From assembly GCA_963666565.1 (NCBI GenBank), contig OY762911.1, positions 96,001 to 160,000 on the forward strand: a stretch of 64,000 bases of DNA, in the 5' to 3' direction. Origin of the DNA: Thermoanaerobaculia bacterium (GTDB lineage: Bacteria; Acidobacteriota; Thermoanaerobaculia; Multivoradales; Multivoraceae). Position numbers and translations under genes: made by a program. The notes beneath the pieces are model-generated. The model was given only the letters and a program-made list of their open reading frames with translations. It ran no database searches and had not been told where the DNA came from. Below, in pieces: positions 30,541 to 37,955 of the stretch; position 1 is the stretch's first letter, and each line of letters starts with the position of its first letter.

Positions 30541-31860
30541 GTGTTCGAGACCTCACGAGAAAGGTCTGAGAAGACTGCCGAAGCTCTTGCGCCCGCCATC
30601 GCCGCTTCGCCCTCCGGCCCCACCCCGGGCGAGCGGCGCCAAGCGGCAAACGCGTCGACGACGGGCAGCTTCGCGGAGTTCTTCGCCGGCATCGGCCTGG
30701 TCCGCGAGGCGATCGAGCCTCTCGGCTGGCAGTGCGTCTTCGCCAACGACATCGCGCCGCGCAAGGAGGAGATGTACCGGCGGCGGTTCGGCGGCGAGCA
30801 CTTCCACCTGGGCGACATCCACGACTTGGGCGTCGGCGACCTTCCGCGCGGCCTCGACCTCGTCACCGCGTCCTTCCCCTGCATCGATCTTTCGCTTGCC
30901 GGGAACCGCGCGGGGCTGGCGGGCCGGCACTCGGGGACGATCTGGCCGTTCCTGGACATCGTGACCGCGCTGTGCATCCAGCGCACGCCGCCGGCCGCCG
31001 TCCTGCTGGAGAACGTGACGGGCTTTCTCACTTCCAGGGGCGGCGCGGACCTCGCCGACGTCTGCCGCCGTCTGGCCGCCGTCGACTACGTCATCGACGT
31101 GCTGTTCGTCGACGCGCGCTGGTTCCGGCCCCAGAGCCGGCCTCGTTTGTTCGTCGCGGCGCGGCAACGGGCCGTCGGCGGTCCGTGGCACCCGGCGGAT
31201 TCCCGGACTTCGCGCGTTCGCCCCGCCGGCGTGCGCCGGTTCGAGGCGGCCCATCCCGAGCTGCCGTTCGTCGACTTGGCGCTGCCGGAGCCCCCGACCG
31301 AGGCGTCCGCCACTCTCGCCTCCGTGCTCGAGGAGGTTCCGCCGGACGATGCTCGCTGGTGGCCGGCGGACCGCACTGCCGCCCTGGTCGAGGAGATGGT
31401 GCCGCGGAACCGCCAACGCGTGGACGAACTGCTGGCCGGCGAGCGCGACGGAGTCGCGACGATGTTCCGCCGCCGCCGCAACGGCCGCACGGTGGGCGAG
31501 TTGAGGCCCGACCGCTTGGCCGGCTGCCTCAGAACTCCCCAAGGCGGCAGCAGCGTCCAGTTCCTGGTTGACTGCCGTAGCGGAGCGGCTCGGATCCGGC
31601 CGCTCACCGGCCGGGAGTACGCGCGCCTGCAGGGGGCGGACTCCTTCCCCATCGAAGTAAACGACCGCCAGGCAAGGCTGGGTTTCGGCGACGCGGTATG
31701 CGTACAGGCTGTCCGGTGGCTCGTGCAGCACGCCTTCAAACCTGAGCGAAGCCCGGCACCGAACAAGCGAGGCGCCTCCCGCGGAACCGCGGCCGTCCAG
31801 TACCCCTGCGCGCCCCCGACGATCGGCCGCGATGCGCCTCAACGCCCCCTGTTCAAGTGA
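30541..31860 (+). CDS. DNA (cytosine-5) methyltransferase
   Basis: Motif I FAGIG, IV SFPC, VI ENV, VIII Q.R.R, RE.ARLQG, GDAV; AGGAG before GTG 30541. Confidence 0.93.
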   Translation: MFETSRERSEKTAEALAPAIAASPSGPTPGERRQAANASTTGSFAEFFAGIGLVREAIEPLGWQCVFANDIAPRKEEMYRRRFGGEHFHLGDIHDLGVGDLPRGLDLVTASFPCIDLSLAGNRAGLAGRHSGTIWPFLDIVTALCIQRTPPAAVLLENVTGFLTSRGGADLADVCRRLAAVDYVIDVLFVDARWFRPQSRPRLFVAARQRAVGGPWHPADSRTSRVRPAGVRRFEAAHPELPFVDLALPEPPTEASATLASVLEEVPPDDARWWPADRTAALVEEMVPRNRQRVDELLAGERDGVATMFRRRRNGRTVGELRPDRLAGCLRTPQGGSSVQFLVDCRSGAARIRPLTGREYARLQGADSFPIEVNDRQARLGFGDAVCVQAVRWLVQHAFKPERSPAPNKRGASRGTAAVQYPCAPPTIGRDAPQRPLFK

Positions 31861-31872
31861 CGCGCCCCTTGA

Positions 31873-32448
31873 ATGCTGCCTGACACGCTCGACGCCCGCG
31901 CGGCGCTGATCTACTTTCACGCCTACATGTACGGTCCCTACCAGGGCCGTCTTCGCCTGTTCCGGGACCGGGGCCTGAAGCCGCGGATGGTCATGTCGGA
32001 GGATTGGGAGGTCTTCACTTCCATCTTGCTGAGGCAGCAGGGCGTGGCCAGTCGCCAAGGCCCGGATCTTGGCGACATCGAGGTCAAGTCGGCAGTCGCC
32101 GGCAGTTCCTTCGAGTACCAGTACCACCGGAACTCGTGGCAAGCGAAGCTGGATGCCGACCGGCGGTCCGGCCACGCGTTCGTCTGGTACGGCGACGATC
32201 TCGGCACCGTCGAGGTCTGGTACTGCGACGGCGAGCAACTGAGCGGCCACTTCTCCGAGTGGGAAGCCGAGAAACCGTACTCGGCGCCCGGTCAGCAGCG
32301 CTTCCGCAAGCAGGTCAGCGCCGGCTGGGTCCGCGACCAGGCGACTCTTCTGCTCCGGGTGCTCGACGGCGAGGCTGAGTATGAATGGCGCGGTACGGCC
32401 AGCGCGGACGACGGCTCGAACGAACCGGGCGATTTCACGCAGGACTGA
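31873..32448 (+). CDS. Putative type II restriction endonuclease (PD-(D/E)xK)
   Basis: SEDWE helix then PDLGDIEVKSA; 12 nt downstream of the methyltransferase. Confidence 0.65.
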   Translation: MLPDTLDARAALIYFHAYMYGPYQGRLRLFRDRGLKPRMVMSEDWEVFTSILLRQQGVASRQGPDLGDIEVKSAVAGSSFEYQYHRNSWQAKLDADRRSGHAFVWYGDDLGTVEVWYCDGEQLSGHFSEWEAEKPYSAPGQQRFRKQVSAGWVRDQATLLLRVLDGEAEYEWRGTASADDGSNEPGDFTQD

Positions 32449-32465
32449 CCGGCAGTCGTTCTTCC

Positions 32466-33260
32466 GTGACCTTCAGCACCGAGCGCGAACGTGTGCTCCA
32501 TCTGTTGAGAGACGAATGGGCGTCCGCTGAGTGGCTTCTGCAAGAGTTCCGCGGGCTGTTCTCCGATAGCGAGCGTCTGTCGATGTTGAACTGCATTGCC
32601 GGTCCTCTCCTCGTTCTGGTCAAGGAAGTCCTCCAGGAGAACCTACTGCTGCGCGTGGCACGTCTCACCGACCCACTGAGAACCGGAGCGCACGCGAATC
32701 TGACCCTTCGCCAGGTTCCGGCGCTCTTCGACGACGAACCGGAGAAGAGGCGGGAACTGGACCAGCAGGTGCAGGCCGCCGTTGAAGCCGCCGCCTTTGC
32801 CCGTGACCGGCGAAACCGGCAGATCGGCCACAAGGATCTGCGGCATCTGATGGCCACCCATGCGAAGCCCTTGGAGCGAGCAAGCCTTCAACAAGTAGAT
32901 GCGGCCCTGGCGGCCGCGCACAGAGTACTGGACACCATCGCCGGGTACGAGCAAGCCTGCCTCGTCCGCCGCGATACCGGCTCGGATGCCGCCGACGCGC
33001 TCCTCTACCGGACTTTGCGGCTCGTCGAGGCAGTTCAGTTCATCGACGGACTGATCGACCCGGACGGCGCTTCGGGGTACACCGACCATGAGCAGGCCAA
33101 TGTGTTCCTCGACAAGCTGGGATACGAGCCGGACCGGCGCAGCTACGAGCTCGTGGTCGAGCTACGCGCAGTTGCGAGGTTGTTTCCTCGACAAGATCTC
33201 ACGATACCGCTCCGGGCCAAGCTGAGCAGGCGGAGGCGAAGCCAAGCGACGCTTCCGTAG
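32466..33260 (+). CDS. HEPN (AbiU2-like) domain protein
   Basis: All-helical; LF...ER...LN, L....RLTDP......NLT, RNRQIGH (Rx5H). Confidence 0.65.
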   Translation: MTFSTERERVLHLLRDEWASAEWLLQEFRGLFSDSERLSMLNCIAGPLLVLVKEVLQENLLLRVARLTDPLRTGAHANLTLRQVPALFDDEPEKRRELDQQVQAAVEAAAFARDRRNRQIGHKDLRHLMATHAKPLERASLQQVDAALAAAHRVLDTIAGYEQACLVRRDTGSDAADALLYRTLRLVEAVQFIDGLIDPDGASGYTDHEQANVFLDKLGYEPDRRSYELVVELRAVARLFPRQDLTIPLRAKLSRRRRSQATLP

Positions 33261-33290
33261 TCACGGCGTCGCTCCAAGCGCCCGATAAAC

Positions 33291-34091
33291 TCACCGAACA
33301 AGACGAACCTCGAAAAGAGGATGCCTTCGAGGCCGCTCACCCGGCACACGCCGTCCCATCAAGAAGACGCGATCGAAGTTCTCCGGACCAAGTACTACCG
33401 TCCCCTCCACATACTCGGCCAAGTGCGCCTGCAAGTAGAACTCGGGCGTGAAGATCAGCAGAACATTCCCGTGCAGGCGAGAATCGAGCGCGTCTTCGCC
33501 ATGCTTCCTCATCCTCTTCGCCCTCTTTGCTGCGGCCTTGTCGTCCTTCGTCGCGACGACCTCCCTTAGCCGCACCTGAAAGCGCTCCAGGGTCCATTCG
33601 ACCCCCTGGCCCTTGTATTGGCCCGGGGCTAGTCTGATCTTGCGCTCCCACGTGGCCTTCTCGCCGGGTCCCAGGTCAGCACCATGCCACTGGAAGTCAA
33701 ACCTGCCGTTCTGCCTTCGCTTCCACCTAACGCTCGTCACTCTGCCATCGGCCGTGGCGATGCAGACCGCGTGCTGCTTCGGGTACTCCACCAGATCGGT
33801 CACCTCGACGCCGGTCGGCTTGCCGTCGAAATCGGCCAGGACGTCCGGCGGGTCGTCCTTCTCGCCGCTCTCATCGAGATTGAGCCTGATTCGGGAGATC
33901 GAGTGCCCGTGCTTTTCCATTTCCTTGGCCCAGTCACGGACCCTCTCTAGCTCTGCCAGTTCCTGGTAGCCGTGAATGTTGTCTAGGTAGGGAGAGTCCG
34001 AACTGAACTGCTCCACGATCCGCAACGTCTCCTCAAGTTCCTCGACATCGGCCAGAGCCCCTTCGGGCCGCTTGTTCTCTCGCTCCGGCAT
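33291..34091 (-). CDS. Hypothetical protein with restriction-endonuclease-like motif
   Basis: DPPDV.......GVEVT; GGAGG RBS; less GC-biased codon use than the backbone genes. Confidence 0.5.
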   Translation of the reverse strand: MPERENKRPEGALADVEELEETLRIVEQFSSDSPYLDNIHGYQELAELERVRDWAKEMEKHGHSISRIRLNLDESGEKDDPPDVLADFDGKPTGVEVTDLVEYPKQHAVCIATADGRVTSVRWKRRQNGRFDFQWHGADLGPGEKATWERKIRLAPGQYKGQGVEWTLERFQVRLREVVATKDDKAAAKRAKRMRKHGEDALDSRLHGNVLLIFTPEFYLQAHLAEYVEGTVVLGPENFDRVFLMGRRVPGERPRRHPLFEVRLVR

Positions 34092-34219
34092 GGTTCCTCC
34101 GGTTCGGCGGGATCGGCCCCGCGTTGGATGACTAGACTCCTTGAACAAGGGGCGTCTTAACAGTTGAGTCAAGTTTGGTTCGGGGTGTCCGTGTCGATTC
34201 GGCGTGACGGAGGTCGGCC

Positions 34220-35821
34220 TCAGGCTGCGAGTCGCTGTCCTCGCCAAGCTCTTTGGACCTCGCGGTCGTAGCTGGCGACGGTTCTTCGTAGCCGGGCGTT
34301 GGCTTCCGGGTCGAGGGTGGCGGACATGACGGGGCCGAGCACTCGGGCGTGGGTCCGGTGGTAGGCGAACGCTACGCGCAGTCCCCAGTCGGTGATCCGG
34401 TAGCGGTGGGTGCGCGGAACCCGTTCGACGATTCCCCGCAGTCGCAGTCGGCGCAGGTCGTAGGTCATGCGGGAGGGTCCGTAGCGGTCCGGCGTGAGTC
34501 CGCACAGACTGGCGACCGCGGGCCGCAGGTCGCGGTTGCGGAAGCCGTTGGGCAGGAGGCTGAAGCGCAGCAGGGCGGCGAAGAGACTCTGCACCCTGCG
34601 GTCTCCGAAGCGAAGCGCCGAAGCGCGCTGACCCGAGATGCACCGCGGACGGTGCAGATCGTCGAGCGTTTCGGCTCCGAGCAGACAGTCGTGGCTGAGA
34701 GTTTGGACGCCGAGCAGGCGTCGGTTGGCGGCGAAGCCGACCTTCTTGAGGTCATCGAGGTTTCTCAGCAAACGACCGACATCGAAGTCGTAGGTGTCGT
34801 TGATCACCGTCTCGGTGCGCAGGGCGCGCCCTTCCTTGTGGTACTGCTTGATGCGCGAGTGCTTGTAGTCGACGTGCAGCGACGGGGAGACCCCGTCGGT
34901 AATGACGCGGGTGCGATACCGCGAGGGGGTGCGTCGCGTGACGCGGCGCTTGAAGATCAACTGCACGTGCTCGGGCCGTCCCATGTCGAGGTGCTCGCGC
35001 AGCACCTCCTCGAAGAAGACCCGACCCTGCACCGGGCGGTCGAAGACCTGGGTCAGGGCGAATTCGGCCTGGAGGATCGAGACGGCGTAGCGGATGCCCC
35101 GCCGCCGGTCGCCGGCGGAGAACGGATGCGGCAGGCGAGCCAGCCACTTGCGCAGCAGCGCGTCGATCTTGTCCGCGTCGAGGCCGTCGGCGAGCCGCTG
35201 CATCGCCTCCGGGTCCGAGCAGCGCAGGATGCCGTTGTCCAGCGCCTCGTACTCGATCCCCCGCTTGCTCAACTGGCGCTTGAGGTACTCGTGTCCGTTG
35301 ATGCACAGCTTGGCGTTGTAGGGGAAGTACGAGCAGAACTTCAGGAAGAACGGACCGAAGTCGTCGTCGAACACGTAGAAGTAGTACTGGTTGACCATCG
35401 CCGTCGAGTGCACCAGCCACGGATAGCCCGCGTCGGTCGCCGAGTCGTAACGACGCTCGGTACGCAGCACCCGAGCCTTCTCCTGCGCCTTGCCGACGTA
35501 CAGCACCCCCTCGCCTCCATGCCACCGGCGAAGGTACTCGCGGGTGCGGTCGTCCTTGCGCTCGCCGCGCCGAAACGGGACGATGTCGATCCGATGCTGC
35601 CGCGCGTAGCCCTTGATCGCGGCCACGAACCGCCTCGTCATCGGCGCCATCAGCACCGACGACGGCACCTGCGCGCCCCGCACCTCCCGGAAGAACCAGG
35701 CCGCGCCCGCGCCACGCTGAAGCACCGGTACGTAGACGTTGAGGTACATCCGATCGACGCACTCCAGCGTCAACGACACATGCTCCTCAAGAACCTCGGC
35801 TGCCGTGCGTGCTACCTTCAT
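34220..35821 (-). CDS. Putative Rep_trans-like tyrosine transposase with C-terminal winged HTH
   Basis: CVDRMYLN, QAEFALTQVF, IKQYHKEGRALRTETVIN; GFRNRDLR...YDLRRLRLRGIVERVPRTHRY; GGAG before ATG 35821. Confidence 0.6.
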   Translation of the reverse strand: MKVARTAAEVLEEHVSLTLECVDRMYLNVYVPVLQRGAGAAWFFREVRGAQVPSSVLMAPMTRRFVAAIKGYARQHRIDIVPFRRGERKDDRTREYLRRWHGGEGVLYVGKAQEKARVLRTERRYDSATDAGYPWLVHSTAMVNQYYFYVFDDDFGPFFLKFCSYFPYNAKLCINGHEYLKRQLSKRGIEYEALDNGILRCSDPEAMQRLADGLDADKIDALLRKWLARLPHPFSAGDRRRGIRYAVSILQAEFALTQVFDRPVQGRVFFEEVLREHLDMGRPEHVQLIFKRRVTRRTPSRYRTRVITDGVSPSLHVDYKHSRIKQYHKEGRALRTETVINDTYDFDVGRLLRNLDDLKKVGFAANRRLLGVQTLSHDCLLGAETLDDLHRPRCISGQRASALRFGDRRVQSLFAALLRFSLLPNGFRNRDLRPAVASLCGLTPDRYGPSRMTYDLRRLRLRGIVERVPRTHRYRITDWGLRVAFAYHRTHARVLGPVMSATLDPEANARLRRTVASYDREVQRAWRGQRLAA

Positions 35822-35999
35822 CAGCGGACTCCGGTCGATGGGCTTCTCACCGGCCAGCTTAAGGCCACCTTCGCCGCAGAGCGACAATACGGCGGATTCA
35901 CTCCGCAGCTGAAGCAGCGACCGGAGTCCGATCGACGCCAAGGCCGAGGCCGACCACCGCCGCGAACATGCTCGTCGGTCTGAGGCGAAGCCTCGTTAG
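35822..35999 (-). ncRNA. Structured leader (RNA or ssDNA) of the element
   Basis: Perfect 13-bp inverted repeat 35825-35837 / 35918-35930 enclosing three hairpins; extra hairpin 35982-35994. Confidence 0.55.
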
Positions 36000-36126
36000 G
36001 ACTAGGCAGCAATACTCACCGTCACTCACCTATGCCGCGCGCGACGGGAATCCGTTTACGTCCCAGGCTTCCCGGCAGTATCGCCGCCAGCGCTATGCCG
36101 CCGGTGACTGAAGCTCCCACCCCGAG

Positions 36127-36999
36127 TCAGTGAATCACCCCCCGCAGCCGCGGGTCCAGCAGGTCCCGCAACGCGTCGCCGACGCAGTTGAACGACAGCA
36201 CCAGCAGGAAGATCGCCACGCCGGGGACGATCGAGAGCAGCGGCTGCTGTTCGAGCATCGGGAAGGCCTGCTGGAGCATGTTGCCCCAGGTGGGCGTCGG
36301 CGGCTGGATGCCGACGCCGACGAAGCCGAGGGCGGCTTCGGTGAGCACCGCGTAGCCCATGCTGAGAGTGCTCTGGACGATGACCGGGGCGATGCAGTTG
36401 GGGAGGATGTGGCGGGCGATGATGCGCGGGTGGCTCAGGCCGAGGGACTCGGCGGCCTTGACGAAGTCGCGCTCGCGGATGGAGAGCCCCTGGCTGCGGA
36501 CGATCCTCGCCATCCAGGGGACGTTGGCGATGCCGATGGCGATGATGACGGTCTGGAGCGAACCGCCCAGCGCGGCGGCCAGGCCGACCGCGATCAGCAG
36601 GCTGGGGAAGGTAACCAGCGCGTCCATGAGACGCATCAGCACGTCGTCGACGCGGCCGCGGAAGTAGACGGAGAGCAGGCCGAGCGGCACCCCGAGCAAC
36701 ACGCCGAGGCCGACGGCGCCGAGGCTGACGGACAGCGCGATCCGGGCGCCGACGATCAGCCGGGCCAGCGTGTCGCGGCCCATCTGGTCGGAGCCGAGCC
36801 AATGCGCGGCGCTCGGGCCCGAGAGCAGGTTGTCGAAGTCCATCTCCTCGGCGTCGACGGGGACGATCCAGGGCGCCAGCACCGCCGCGACGGCGATCAG
36901 GGCCAGGACGACGAGGCCGCCGAGGGCCTGCGGCACGGAGGCGAGCTTGCGCAGCAGCTCGACGGTCGGGTGGCCAAGGCTGGCAGCGACGCTAGTCAC
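36127..36999 (-). CDS. Peptide/nickel ABC permease, DppC-like
   Basis: HWLGSDQMGRD, EAA loop (FVKAAESLG), HILPN, PTWG. Confidence 0.93.
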   Translation of the reverse strand: MTSVAASLGHPTVELLRKLASVPQALGGLVVLALIAVAAVLAPWIVPVDAEEMDFDNLLSGPSAAHWLGSDQMGRDTLARLIVGARIALSVSLGAVGLGVLLGVPLGLLSVYFRGRVDDVLMRLMDALVTFPSLLIAVGLAAALGGSLQTVIIAIGIANVPWMARIVRSQGLSIRERDFVKAAESLGLSHPRIIARHILPNCIAPVIVQSTLSMGYAVLTEAALGFVGVGIQPPTPTWGNMLQQAFPMLEQQPLLSIVPGVAIFLLVLSFNCVGDALRDLLDPRLRGVIH

Positions 37000-37945
37000 C
37001 GAACTTGATCCTCGGGTCGAGCCAGGCGCAAGCGAGGTCAGTGACCAGGTTGGCGGCGAGCACGGCGACCGCCATCAACAGTACAGCCGCCTGCACCACC
37101 AGGAAGTCGCGGGCGAAGATCGCCTGCACGATGTACTGGCCGGTGCCAGGGATGCCGAAGAGCGTCTCGATGACGATCGCGCCGGCGAAGATCCGGCCGG
37201 TCTGCAGGCCGAGAATCGTGATCACCGGCAGCAGCGCGTTGCGCAGGGCGTGCGACCAGATCACCGTGCGCTCTCTCGATCCCCGGGCGCGCGAGGTCCG
37301 CAAGTAGTCCTGGGCGAGCACTTCGAGCATGGCCGAACGGCTCTGCCGCATGATGAGCGCACAGCTCGTGACGCCCAGCGCGAAGGCCGGCAGGACCATG
37401 TGGCGCAGGCTCTGCAACGGATCGTCGAAGAGGCTCACGTAGCCCTGGCTCGGCAGCCAGCCGAGCCCCACGCCGAAGAGCAGGATCGCCATGATGCCGA
37501 GCCAGAAGTTCGGGATGGCGACCCCGCCGATCGAAACCACCGTCGCCGCGTAATCGATCGGCTTGCCGCGATAGACCGCCGACGCGATGCCCGCCGGCAC
37601 GCCAACGAGCACCGCCAGGATCCACGCCGCGAGGCCGAACTGCAACGTCACGAGCGCCCGGCCGCCGAGTTCCTCCGAAACCGGACGCATGTTCTGGGTC
37701 GAACGGCCGAAGTCGCCCTGCAGCACGTTGCCGAGCCAGATCAGATACTGGACGATGACCGGTTCGTCCAAGTGGTGACGCTCCCGGATGAGCTGCAACT
37801 GCTCCTCGTCGAGCGCCTCGCCGGGCCCGATGAACGCGCGCGCCGGGTCGCCCGGAATCGCGAGCATCAGCGCGAACACCAGGAACGTGACCAGGAGGAG
37901 GACGGGCACCGCCTGCAACAGGCGGCGCGCGAGGTAGCTGCGCAT
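36992..37945 (-). CDS. Peptide/nickel ABC permease, DppB-like
   Basis: PGDPA, GDFGRS, IPNFWLG, DY.RT.RA.G, HALRNA. Confidence 0.93.
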   Translation of the reverse strand: MRSYLARRLLQAVPVLLLVTFLVFALMLAIPGDPARAFIGPGEALDEEQLQLIRERHHLDEPVIVQYLIWLGNVLQGDFGRSTQNMRPVSEELGGRALVTLQFGLAAWILAVLVGVPAGIASAVYRGKPIDYAATVVSIGGVAIPNFWLGIMAILLFGVGLGWLPSQGYVSLFDDPLQSLRHMVLPAFALGVTSCALIMRQSRSAMLEVLAQDYLRTSRARGSRERTVIWSHALRNALLPVITILGLQTGRIFAGAIVIETLFGIPGTGQYIVQAIFARDFLVVQAAVLLMAVAVLAANLVTDLACAWLDPRIKFGD

Positions 37946-37955
37946 GTGGCTGGTG

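Larger units (their letters stand above)
34130..36005 (-). mobile_element. Candidate rolling-circle insertion element bounded by GACTAG direct repeats
   Basis: GACTAG at 34130-34135 and 36000-36005; single ORF; structured leader; subterminal hairpins; no terminal inverted repeats. Confidence 0.7.

Noticed and set aside
34220-35821. MarR-type regulator, DDE transposase or group II intron RT
   Set aside because: The HTH covers only the last ~100 of 533 aa; no DDE triad, terminal inverted repeats or YADD motif.
35825-35930. Cloverleaf as a tRNA gene
   Set aside because: 13-bp closing stem, no TTC-type T-loop or D-loop consensus, and no CCA; reported as a structured leader instead.
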